Part shown: positions 23,981-34,943 of the stretch, piece by piece
Numbering within the stretch: position 1 is the first letter of the stretch
Layout of the letters: each line of letters opens with the position of its first letter
NCBI GenBank assembly: GCA_051530055.1
Contig: CM121341.1
Location: 2,260,638-2,324,637, forward strand
Reading direction: 5' to 3'
DNA: 64,000 nt
Source: Neoechinorhynchus agilis
Lineage: Eukaryota > Animalia > Acanthocephala
Notes under the pieces: generated by a model
What the model was told of the DNA's origin: nothing
Seen by the model: the letters and a program-made list of their open reading frames with translations, nothing else
The model's database searches: none
Translations under genes and position numbers: made by a program

Positions 23981-24580
23981 TTATTTGTTGACCGCACTGA
24001 AGAATTCCTTAGATCCCTGTGGATCAGCTTTCATTGACTTGGCTCCTTTTTTCCAGTTCGCAGGGCAGACTTCTCCATGCTCGTCCGTAAACTTAAACGC
24101 GTCTACAAGTCTCAGAGTTTCATCGACCGATCGACCGACTGGCAGATCATTGATAGTCACTTGTCTAAGGATTCCTTTTGGATCGATAACAAACAGACCT
24201 CGGTAAGCGATTCCAGCGTCTTCCTTTAAGACTCCGAACGCTCTGGATATCTCCATGCTTTTGTCGTCAATCATTGGGATCTTTATATCTCCGAGTCCTC
24301 CTTCTTTTCTAGGTCTTTGTGTCCATGCGAGATGGGTGAACTTGCTGTCGGTTGAACATGCTAGAAGTTCACATTCTCGTTCGTGGAACTCATTGGCTCT
24401 GTCGTTGAAAGCGATGATTTCAGTTGGGCAAACGAAGGTGAAATCGAGAGGGTAAAAGAAGAGAACAACGTATTTGCCTTCATAGTCAGAAAGAGATACT
24501 TTTTTGAATCGACCGTCAACAAGAGCTTCGGCTGTAAAGGAAGGCGCTTTTTGACCAATACGTGCTGTTTCGCAAGACAT
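23981..24580 (-). CDS. PRDX1: Typical 2-Cys peroxiredoxin, 199 aa, intronless
   Basis: [47 protein letters not shown]. The exact paralog assignment is not determinable. Confidence 0.96.
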   Translation of the reverse strand: MSCETARIGQKAPSFTAEALVDGRFKKVSLSDYEGKYVVLFFYPLDFTFVCPTEIIAFNDRANEFHERECELLACSTDSKFTHLAWTQRPRKEGGLGDIKIPMIDDKSMEISRAFGVLKEDAGIAYRGLFVIDPKGILRQVTINDLPVGRSVDETLRLVDAFKFTDEHGEVCPANWKKGAKSMKADPQGSKEFFSAVNK

Positions 24581-25149
24581 CTTTTAATTGTGGAGAGCTC
24601 AAGAGAAACGAGTTTAACTTCATGAGGCAGTGTGCGCAGTATATTTAAAAAAATTGCGAGAACAAGGTGAGTCATTTTTTGTCTAGAGTTTGCGAGTCTA
24701 TTGTGGACGAGTCGTTTACTAAAAAGTCTCGCTTTTTCGTGAGAACAAAAATTAAGAGTGTAAAGATGTTGTCAATGGTTTGTTTTGACGAGAGGGGGAA
24801 ATATGAGAGGGATGAAATATTGAAATCAATAAAAGAGTCTCAACTTTTATAAACACCAAAGAACACAAGTAATTTCATGTAATATATTTGCTTTGCAAGT
24901 GTTCAAGGGACGAAATATTGTTTTACTTTTATTCATCTCGCCCTTATCAAAGCAAAAAAATTAGGCATAGGTTTAGGCCAGAAAAATATTTGTCCACAAA
25001 AGCTTCAACGAGCGAAAAAACAAGTAATTTCAGTTGTAGAAATTTCAATACTTTAATTTGACGGATTATTCAAAAACAGCGATTACCTAAAACCATTTAA
25101 ACATGATAATCATATCAAGAAGATCCTTTGGGATGGTAAATCTCGGATG

Positions 25150-25600
25150 TTGGTGAGCATAATCCCGGTTAGAGATTCCTTTATTATTTGGAAATATTTC
25201 GAAAGAGGAAATCTCGCCGAGCACAACACTCGTAATCCTAATTCATTTCATCCTCCCTCAACCTCGTACCTCCATATATCAACGCTCCTTTCTCCATGCT
25301 GCCCAATCTTCTCTCGGATATGATAACCTGAAATGAACCTGAGGAAAGACCAACCTTACAAACGCTCCTGCAAGCAATAACCACTAATTCCCTCCAGAAC
25401 TTACCTTCCAACCCAACCAGATATTCTCAATCGAACGGACATCCTCACTCAAACGAACCGTCTCCGACTGGATAGCTCGGCATCCCTCCGAGCAGATATT
25501 ACCTCCCGAACGGACATCCCTCGACTGAATATTCCAATATTAACGGATGAGGATCCAAAGGTACATGGGAAATCCTAACCTATCTTTGTATTTTCAACAA
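25150..25600 (+). mobile_element. Degenerate LINE 3' portion
   Basis: Ends in gatgaggatccaaaggtacatggg (DEDPKVHG) followed by a cgtgttattatt tail, like the other LINE ends. Confidence 0.5.
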
Positions 25601-25629
25601 CCGTGTTATTATTATATTATTACAACATT

Positions 25630-25785
25630 AATTAGAATTATTGTTTAGAAGTCTACGTAAATGATTATTTGGATTAAAGACGTTTCGAACCTCGTCGGGT
25701 TCATCATTCATTTACCGCTGGTGTAGACTTCTAAACAATAATTCTAATCACATTCCCCGGTACCTCACATATCGACATTTTTACA
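25630..25785. mobile_element. Internally deleted Penelope-terminal-repeat palindrome
   Basis: Minus-strand tgatgaacccgacgaggttcgaaacgtc, then directly the right terminus gtagacttctaaacaataattctaatcacattccccggtacctcacatatcgac. Confidence 0.7.
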
Positions 25786-25892
25786 ACATTAATGTTTTCT
25801 ATTGTATTAAAGAGACGCTTTTGCTATTCGAAAATAAAATTGCCGTTCCTATAGTGACTAGTAAAAGAATATTGTAAGATTAAAGTGATAAA

Positions 25893-26198
25893 ATGTCCAT
25901 GGAATTCAAAATATCTAATCGTGAAGAAGAAACCAAAAAAAAGTTGTCGCGCTCAGACAATGAAAAAATCAAATTCATTCCAGTTGATCTCAGTGAATTA
26001 AAAAAGAGACCGCAAGAAGAGTTCTGCGATATATTTTTGTTGGGCGGAACTCATCTTTATGAGAAATTAAAGCAAGCTGGTAAAATCGAAGAAGTAGAAG
26101 ACGTTTTGTCGCCTACAAAGCGCAAAGAAACAATAGTCTATGACATGTCTGAATTTGGAAGCAAACGAAACGACTTTAGAAATCCTAAGTTTCAATAA
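25893..26198 (+). CDS. Hypothetical 101-aa charged protein
   Basis: ATG-started ORF in non-repeat sequence, AATAAA overlapping the stop; no recognised motif. Confidence 0.4.
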   Translation: MSMEFKISNREEETKKKLSRSDNEKIKFIPVDLSELKKRPQEEFCDIFLLGGTHLYEKLKQAGKIEEVEDVLSPTKRKETIVYDMSEFGSKRNDFRNPKFQ

Positions 26199-26708
26199 AA
26201 TCAAAGTGAGAGGGAGTAAATTATTTGGAATGATTGAATTTAGAATCACAAGCTATTAAGGCCACACACCGCAGTGGACTCTGATTGGTTCATCTAGGAA
26301 GCCAATAAGAACACATAATGAAAGAAAAAGCCTACTGTTTTTATGGAAATATTACTAAAATTCCGCCGTTATCTGGGTATTATGCAGAAAAATGCACTAA
26401 GAAAGGGTTTTCCACCATCTACGTAGGAAATATCTTAAGGATATGGCAAATGTGGAAACTACGATTATAAGCAGACTGTCTGGAAAAAAATGCGCATTCA
26501 TTTAACCATCATTAATATCATCAATATAAAATCCTTCCTGATAATCCAATTTTCATGTATTTAAATGGTGCAACAAAATTAATTTTTTAGGTCGGATACT
26601 TCGGCGCACAATGTTGTATCAGTTTACTAAAGGTTTTTAAGTATTCAGAAATAATAAAGTTATGTAGCTTTTTCGCAATGAAAGATGGTTAGCGAAAGCT
26701 ATCTTTAA

Positions 26709-27815
26709 GGCACAAGATTGTTCTTCTGAAATCAATCGGATTCAATAAATTGCTTACAATCTTCCGCCGTCTAAAAAACATGAACAATTCAATGTTCAAA
26801 CAGTAATTTATTGATTCCGATATTTCAGAAACACAATCTCATGATTTTATAAAGGCTGCTTGTAAGTTTTCTAGAGCTTAAATAGTACAAAACTTACAAG
26901 TAACCTTCATTGGCACAAGATTGTTCTTCTGAAATCAATCGGATTCAATAAATTGCTTACAATCTTCCGCCGTCTAAAAACATGAATCAATGTTCAAATC
27001 GTAATTTATTGATTCGATATTTCAGAAACACAATCTCATGTTTTATAAAGGTTGCTTGTAAGTTTTCTAGAGCTTAAATAGTACAAAACTTACAAGTAAC
27101 CTTCAATGGCACAAGATTGTTCTTCTGAAATCAATCGGATTCAATAAATTGCTTACAATCTTCCGCCGTCTAAAAAACATGAACAATTCAATGTTCAAAC
27201 AGTAATTTATTGATTCCGATATTTCAGAAACACAATCTCATGATTTTATAAAGGCTGCTTGTAAGTTTTCTGGAGCTTAAATAGTACAAAACTTACAAGT
27301 AACCTTCAATGGCACAAGATTGTTCTTCTGAAATCAATCGGATTCAATAAATTGCTTACAATCTTCCGCCGTCTAAAAAACATGAACAATTCAATGTTCA
27401 AATCGTAATTTATTGATTCCGATATTTCAGAAACACAATCTCATGATTTTCTAAAGGTTGCTTGTAAGTTTTCTAGAGCTTAAATAGTACAAAACTTACA
27501 AATAACCTTCATTGGCACAAGATTGTTCTTCTGAAATCAATCGGATTCAATAAATTGCTTACAATTTCCGCCATATAAAAAATGGACGATTCAATGCTCA
27601 AAGAGTAATTTATTGATTCCGATATTTTAGAAGCACAATCTCATGATTTTCTAAAGGTTGCTTGTAAGTTTTCTAGAGCTTAAATAGTACAAAACTTACA
27701 AATAACCTTCATTGGCACAAGACTGTTCTTCTGAAATCAATCGGATTCAATAAATTGCTTACAATCTTCCGCCGTCTAAAAAACATGAACAATTCAATGT
27801 TCAAATCGTAATTTA
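26709..27815. repeat. About 203-bp satellite, about 5.5 units, two hairpins per unit
   Basis: ggcacaaga at 26709, 26912, 27108, 27311, 27514, 27714. Confidence 0.95.
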
Positions 27816-27999
27816 TCTGAAATATTTCACTGGTAGAATTAAAAGTCAAATATGCAATGCCCTAAATCACGCCCATTACAATTTCTATCATGAATATCTT
27901 GCGATCCGAGTCTATAATCGCCATATTATTTTTAAATAGGTTTTGATCGAGTTCGTACCGCGTAGTCTAAATTTCCGCCAGTTCGCGTCACGATTCGGA

Positions 28000-28335
28000 A
28001 ACCAACTTAAGCGACCAAATCCCTGGAGGTGCAGCCAGCGCAGCGGAAAGGAGGAATTTACGAAAATATAGAGAATTAGCATTGCCCACGATTTTGTCCC
28101 CTTCGGAGTAGAGACGTATAGAGCCCTTAGCAGCTCGGCACTCTGCTCCAGGATCTCTCGGAGAAATTGAGAGAGGCAACCGGAGACTCAAGAGCAGGCG
28201 TATTCCTTCGACAAAATATCTCGCTCGCAGTACAACGAGGCAATGCTGCTAGCGTGATAGCGACAGCCGAGGAAGGAGAGAAGCTAAGATTTTGCGGACG
28301 GTGGTGATTGCACGTTTTGTACTTTAATAAAATTC
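28000..28335 (+). mobile_element. CRE-clade 3' end
   Basis: Encodes the RKY...HDFVPFGVETY...LRQNISLAVQRGNAASV region; inverted partner of 13195-13460. Confidence 0.85.
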
Positions 28336-28356
28336 AACGGTTTTTTAAAAGTACAA

Positions 28357-29760
28357 GATTCATTGAATACCTAAGGTATAAAGCTTGGTGACTTGTACTT
28401 CTTTTAATAATAACACGTTTATTTGTTATCTTACAAAGCAAAGGACCCGTGAACCTTGGGGTCCTTTGAAAACTCGAATGCGCAGGAGAAATTGTTAGGT
28501 TGGGTCTTTCCTCTAGCTCATGATAATTTAAATTGTTATTTCAAAATAGATCTTGAACGTTGTTTCGTTTTTGTGATAGAATTGTTTTTGGTCCGTTAGT
28601 TGGTTTTAGTTTATTTGATTTTGGTCGATTCTGGCGGTTATGTTAATGAACAGCTGTAGTTGTTGTTTTCCGCTCTTTCCTCCGAATCATTTTGCAATTT
28701 GAGGATTGAGCAGTGGGGAAGAAAGAGTGGAGATTGAGCACTGTGCGAGGAACTGAAGGATTGAAAATGTTGCGGCGACGTGAGTGTTGTAAGTGTGAGT
28801 CAAAGGAGAAATGTGTGGTGGAAATTGAAGAAAAACAAGAGAATGAAGGCGTTTTGAGTGCTTTTGAAAGATTAGAGCGATTTGTTTTTCTATGAGTTCA
28901 GGATGGCAGATTAGAGCGCAGTTCTCTTGTGAAAGGTGATAATTTTTTGCAAATAGATTAGAAGACAAGTTGCAAAGCGTTGAGTATACGTAGGTGAGCT
29001 TTTGCGGGCATGTAAAAGTATTTAAGATATTTGTACGGCATTCCAAGGAATCGGATGCGTTTAAGAAGATGTAGTTTTATTTGAACCTTTATGTAACAAA
29101 ATCGATATGTGTTTGCCCATTTTAGATTTTCCTGAAAATGGATACCAAGGATACGAACAGAGGTGCCATGGTTGGTAGGAAAATTGAGGGTACGATTTCG
29201 AAGCACTTGGTTAAGTTAAGGGTAAGACATTTCGAGGAGTAAAATGCTTGAACCTGAGAAATTTCGTTAGAAGTAATTGAGAGTTGTGCATGCGCAATGA
29301 TTGTAAGATCATCAGCATACAAGAAGTATTTAGAATAAAAAGAGAAGAATGGGGGAGAGAACAGCTCCTTGGAGGGACCTTCTTGTTGATTGCGAAGGTG
29401 TTCGGGGCAACGCCCCCTATTTCGATAAATTGTAATCTGTTGTTTAAGAAGGATTTCAATGATTTGATTAGCCAAGCGGTAGTGAGCGATGGAATCAAAA
29501 GCTGAGAAATAAATGAAGGTGCCCGTCGAGATTATAAAGAATAGAATCGTAAATGCAAAGAAGGGCATCCGTACACGAAACGCCAAGCTGGAAATCGAAA
29601 ATAAAACATATTTTATGGAAATGATAGCAATGGAAAATCGAATATTAAAAGAGAGATTGATGCAAGTTGAAATCGAATTCTTCAGAATGTCGAATTTCGT
29701 AGTTTTTCTTTTCATCTCATAATCCTAAAATCACGACTGAGCTGACCTGGCATAAAGGTT
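28357..29760 (-). mobile_element. 5'-truncated degenerate LINE (CR1/L2/Jockey-group RT)
   Basis: SAFDSIAH, YLYADDLTII, LNLTKCFEI, RILGIHF...LKW across frameshifted ORFs; 3' hairpin at 28440-28467. Confidence 0.8.
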
Positions 29761-29799
29761 AACAGATTTATTGAATAAATAATAATTTATTTTGGTTAA

Positions 29800-30042
29800 T
29801 TAGGAGCGAATGAAAGGCTGAACATTTTCTCCGAAATCACATTCGATCATATAGAAGTCGATCGCCGATGTCGGATCTATCAACCTCTCCGACTGAAGCG
29901 AATCCGTTTTATTGTTATCAGGATGGTATCCTAATTCATTAACTTGGAAGGTTTCTTCATCCGGGAAATATTTCAGCAAAGGAACAAGCGCCAAAGAAAA
30001 CTCTTCTGATGATTTCTTCACCTTAGCGAATGGATTAGCCAC
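29800..30042 (-). CDS. Hypothetical 80-aa ORF
   Basis: ATG-started ORF with protein-like composition in unique sequence; no motif recognised. Confidence 0.3.
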   Translation of the reverse strand: MANPFAKVKKSSEEFSLALVPLLKYFPDEETFQVNELGYHPDNNKTDSLQSERLIDPTSAIDFYMIECDFGENVQPFIRS

Positions 30043-30164
30043 AAGATTCGTTTTTAAAATATTTATATTTAAATAATTGAATTATACTTAGTAGAAATTG
30101 ATCATTTCTTTCCTGCTGCGCTGCAGATACTTTGGCCGTATCTCTGTGAATCTCTCGCGAGACA

Positions 30165-31593
30165 AACGAGGATTCATGCCCCCACAATCGACGCAATATT
30201 CGTGCCAAGGCAGCTGTATGAGAGGTTCAGTGCCCGTTGCACAGTGTGTTAGTCAATTTGGAAGGGCATACGACACGGTCCCTCGAGATTTGGTGTGGGC
30301 ATTCCTCATGAAGGACATTTTGGATAAGTGGAAGGAATATTTCAACACTCTGCTGAACACTGAGAATGAACGACTGCCTCTAGAGGACGTACATTCAAAT
30401 GTCAATATGACGAGGCCGTAGTCGTACGATGAGGTGGCTGCACAGCTCAAGAAAATGAAGACTGGTAGGAACGCCGGTCCAGATAACATTCCGATCGAGT
30501 TGTTGCGATCCCTCGGAGTCCTCGGAATAAAGTTGCTCACGGGGCCCTTTCAGAAGAGAGATTTGGAATAAAAGATCCCATCGGAATGGTAGGGAAGCAT
30601 ATTGATACTGATCTTCAAAGGCAAAGGAGATGTTCTGTAGCGTAGGAGCTACCGGGAATCAAAATCATGTCTCACACAATGAAACTGTGCGAACGAGTGA
30701 TCGATCACAGGATTAGAGAGAATATCAGAATCAGCGAGGACCAACGAGGATTCATGCCCGCACAATCGACGCAATATTCGTGCCAAGGCAGCTGTATGAG
30801 AGGTTCAGTGCCCGTTGCACAGTGTGTTAGTCAATTTGGAAGGGCATACGACACGGTCCCTCGAGATTTGGTGTGGGCATTCCTCATGAAGGACATTTTG
30901 GATAAGTGGAAGGAATATTTCAACACTCTGCTGAACACTGAGAATGAACGACTGCCTCTAGAGGACGTACATTCAAATGTCAATATGACGAGGCCGTAGT
31001 CGTACGATGAGGTGGCTGCACAGCTCAAGAAAATGAAGACTGGTAGGAACGCCGGTCCAGATAACATTCCGATCGAGTTGTTGCGATCCCTCGGAGTCCT
31101 CGGAATAAAGTTGCTCACGGGGCCCTTTCAGAAGAGAGATTTGGAATAAAAGATCCCATCGGAATGGTAGGGAAGCATATTGATACTGATCTTCAAAGGC
31201 AAAGGAGATGTTCTGTAGCGTAGGAGCTACCGGGGAATCAAACTCATGCCTCACACAATGAAACTGTGCGAACGAGTGATCGATCACAGGATTAGAGAGA
31301 ATATCAGAATCAGCGAGGACCAACGAGGATTCATGCCCGCACAATCGACGCAATATTCGTGCCAAGGCAGCTGTATGAGAGGTTCAGTGCCCGTTGCACA
31401 GTGTGTTAGTCAATTTGGAAGGGCATACGACACGGTCCCTCGAGATTTGGTTTGGGCATTCCTCATGAAGGACATTTTGGATAAGTGGAAGGAATATTTC
31501 AACACTCTGCTGAACACTGAGAATGAACGACTGCCTCTAGAAAACGTACATTCGAATGTCAATATGACGAGGCCGTAGTCGTACGATGAGGTG
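30165..31593 (+). repeat. 578-bp tandem array (about 2.5 copies) of an RTE reverse-transcriptase segment
   Basis: ORF repeats at 30253/30831/31410; unit reads DKWKEYF...LKKMK.G...GPDNIP.E...YRGIK.MSHTMKLCERVIDHR...GFMP...AYDTVPR with stops. Confidence 0.93.
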
Positions 31594-31594
31594 G

Positions 31595-31975
31595 TTAATA
31601 ATTCCAATCACGTTCCCCGGTACCGCACATATCGACATTAACTCTCTTCATTCCTAAGTTGCTGTATAAGCTGCTGTTCAAGACCCAGAAGGTGGTAGCG
31701 TCGAATATTGCACAAAACGAGGTGCAAAATGGCCAGTTGTCAATCACGACCAAACAATGATTTAGCAAGTGAACGCAATAACTTTCGACGCTTGATTAAG
31801 GAAGCTTTTTTAATCAAAGAACAGAAATCGGATATAAATGGCCGTCTTCATAGCTAAAAATTAAACAACACAATCAAACAAAAGTTCGTGTGAGAGCTGA
31901 ATTACAATTTAGCCACTTGTATTTTAGGACTGATTATGAGCCCGACGAGGTTCGAAACGTTTTTATTAAAAAATT
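31595..31975 (+). mobile_element. Penelope-like 3' end with terminal repeat
   Basis: NNFRRLIKEAFLIKEQK (as at 38205-38270), followed by ctgattatgagcccgacgaggttcgaaacg; a terminal-repeat tail also precedes it. Confidence 0.75.
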
Positions 31976-32242
31976 GTTTACTGGGTGAAAATTTAAAAAA
32001 TAAGTCGCTTTATCGTTGGACAGTCTTCCGATTTAGGAAGCTCGTCGAAAATATTCAAGGCTTTTGCTTCAACTCAATCGCTTTAAATGATCGTGCTTCT
32101 TAAATTTGACATTTCGGAATTTTTATCTTATGGATCGAATTATACTTTTTGAACACTAAAAATGGGTGTAAACGTTCAGTCTCAATTTGTTAATAAAAGT
32201 GACCGGAAAGTTTTATACTTTATTTGAAGTGCTTTTTGCACA

Positions 32243-33131
32243 TTAAATTCTAGTAATAAGTTCTTGAGAATTTAAAGAATCCATTTCGATCGAATCAGAA
32301 TCGTTCCATTTTTGGAAAATCCGAATTGGTTTTTCATCGGCAAAATCCTTTATTAATGGCTCGAAAGCTTCTATGACTTGTTCCATATTTGAGATATTTT
32401 TTGAAAACGGATCGACAGCAGAATTCGTTCTAAATGTTCTAAATTTTTTGGCGAAAAATTGTCAGCTAAAAAATGGCTAACCTTCTCTGACGCTTTGATC
32501 GCCCAGCAATGAATCCGTCGCCAAATAATCGAAATAAATTCGTTCCCAGGATGAACGTAGCAATTTGCGAAGCCATAACGGAAATAATCGAAATTAAACC
32601 ACATGCAATCGATAAATAAAATGTATAGCAGAATTGATGAGATTTTTCTTTCACAAAAAATACGAAGAATCCCATTCCGAAAGCGTGGCAGGTCACTGAA
32701 AAATAAACGGATTAAACGGAAGGCCGATTTTAAAAATTTACTTACAAGAGATTTGTCCAAGGACCGAGGAAACTTGCAGCCACAAGATCCGCACTCGTCC
32801 TTGGGATACAAAATGAAATACGGCCATAAGAAAAGCCGCAATTTCGAATCCGGCGCTCATAACCAGCAACGTGCCTATTAGTTTTCCTAACGAAAGGAAT
32901 TTTATAAAAGAAACAAGAAGGAAACTTACTTTCAATGAGAAGGAAGTAAATCGGAGGCAAAAGCGATGTCTTATTTCTGTATGAATGGCCGAAGATTCCA
33001 ATGGCGAAATTCGTATTTGGAACTCGCGTCCACGGATGATGGTTGCATATTGAAATCCAGCTTAAAATTGAAGTAACAAAGAACAACATCGCAATTGCGA
33101 AACTCAATGCTTTGAACGTTGTAGGATTCAT
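32243..33131 (-). CDS. Second intact copy of the claudin/PMP22-like gene; exons 33131-32930, 32886-32746, 32695-32482, 32438-32243
   Basis: Same splice sites and stop as 17833-18721, with a few substitutions. Confidence 0.7.
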
Positions 33132-33860
33132 TAGGTGCTATCGATAAATCTGTAGGAGTTTGGGATGGATGCAAGATATTCTTAAGTAACACTCGTTTCA
33201 GACTACAAGCATTTTCCGTCCAAATATGTTTTTCTTATTGTTTGGAGTTTTGAAGGCAAACAAAAAACATTTATTGTTTATTTTTGTTTATAATAAATCT
33301 CATGATGGGTAGAGGTCAACTTTCTCAAAGACCGTTTAAACCGCAAATGTTCATTGCACCAAGAGACTGATCGGAATTTCGCCGCGAGAAGCATCGCAAA
33401 TACCGAAGGATTGGATAAAAGAGATAACCACCTCGAAAATTCCGGTCCTCGGATTTCATAAGCAAAATATCAGATTTTTTCCGTACGTCTTGTTACCAAC
33501 TATCAATTAATTTTGAATCACGGTGAATTTTATCGAATGCACTGAATAATGCTTGATGTTTCAGCTTGGAATCTCCTAAAAAGTATCTTTTATTCTTCTC
33601 TAATTCTCATTGATTCGAAAATTCGACAGATTTATTGAATACCTAAGGTATAAAGTTCGGTGACTTGTACTTCTTTTTATAATAATAACACGTTTATTTG
33701 TGGGAAAGGAAGAAGTAGTTGATCGGAAGAGTGATTTGAGCCCGAGGGTACGATTTCGAAGCACTTGGTTAAGTTAAGGGTAAGACATTTCGAGGAGTAA
33801 AATGCTTGAACCTGAGAAATTTCGTTAGAAGTAATTGAGAGTTGTGCTGAATAAGAAGAG

Positions 33861-34943
33861 TGTTGACATGGTGGATGAACCAAACAGCGGACCAGTTTTT
33901 CAACAAAAACTGTTTTTGTACAACACACACTATTTTATGCCCATTTACGCTAGCCCAATCAATAGCGTACTTACCACATTTCCTCCCCCGCAAATTCCTA
34001 GCCTATTTTGCGGTATTCGTCGTATGGTCGTATAGGAGGCCTCCGGTGACGTTGACTTCTCCTTAAGAAAGGTGTTGCGTGCTCCCGGTCTTCGTTTTTC
34101 TTTAACTTCGGGTTGCACCTCGGCCTGCCCTGATTTCGTGACTTCACCTCCATCTTCCGCATCGAACTCAACCTTCCTTTGAAGTTCTTCCTCTTCAACC
34201 ATTATACTTACTTTATCCTTTTCTTGTTCCCATTCTTCGTAGCCTTCTCTTTGCCTCACGAAATCCCCGTGCGCCCTATTTTGCGTTCCGTTTTTATCCA
34301 CGATTCGATAGGACACCGGTCCTGATCGTTGCTCCACGACTCCCTTTTGCCATTTCCCAGCTCTTCCTTTTTCCACCACACTTCATTGCCTTCCCCAAAC
34401 TCGCAATAACGCCCATCCGGTCTCTGCCTCTGTCTTCGCGCTGTCCTGTCTCGCACTGTTTCCTCTGTATTTGGTCTGATATTGTCGAACACTGTATTCA
34501 TCCTCCTCCCTAACATCATTTCTGCTGGAGCTTTTCCTGTGATTGCATGAGGCGTGTTTCTGTATGTTTGTAGAAATTCCGTAAGTGCCCTTCGAGTATC
34601 CATTCCTTCCCCCTGCCATTCCGCGTCGCTTAAGGGTTCCTATAAATCGTTCTACCAACCCATTCGTTTGTGGGTGGTAAGGACTCGCCTTTATGATCTC
34701 GATCCCATTTTCTTCGCAAAATGCCTTGAACTGTTGTGACATAAATTGAGGCCCGTTATCGCTCACAATTTTCTTTGGAGTCCCGAATCGAGCAAATGTT
34801 TCCCTCTTCCGATCGATCACCATTTCGGATGTTATTTTGCATGTATTGAAGAACCAAACCTCGGGCCACTTACTCCTTGCATCTACGATCGCCAAATACA
34901 TCTTGGAGTTTGTCGGTCCCGCCAAATCGATGTGCACGCGCTG
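33861..34943 (-). mobile_element. Gypsy LTR retrotransposon 3' half: integrase, PPT and 118-bp LTR
   Basis: VHIDLAGP, IVDARSKWPEV, IVSDNGPQF, SPYHPQTNGLVER, YRNTPH, GPVSY; PPT cgggggaggaaa; LTR tgtggtaa...gtcaaca at 33978-33861. Confidence 0.9.

Larger units (their letters stand above)
31420..33288 (-). repeat. Right arm of inner inverted duplication, with a Penelope fragment inserted at 31595-~32050
   Basis: Mirror of 17676-19190; lacks a ~45-bp segment present at ~18770-18820. Confidence 0.9.

Noticed and set aside
21366-24675. Antisense and alternate-frame ORFs over FARSA and peroxiredoxin (also over VDAC, CNOT1 and the zinc-finger gene)
   Set aside because: Shadow ORFs of real coding sequence with no independent signal.
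26709-27815. Hairpin array as a CRISPR locus
   Set aside because: Whole ~203-bp units repeat with no unique spacers; eukaryotic context; no cas genes.
30165-31593. Midpoint of the outer palindrome (about 30500-30750) falls in the 578-bp array
   Set aside because: The spacer is not itself symmetric, so the midpoint has no mechanistic meaning; likely coincidence.
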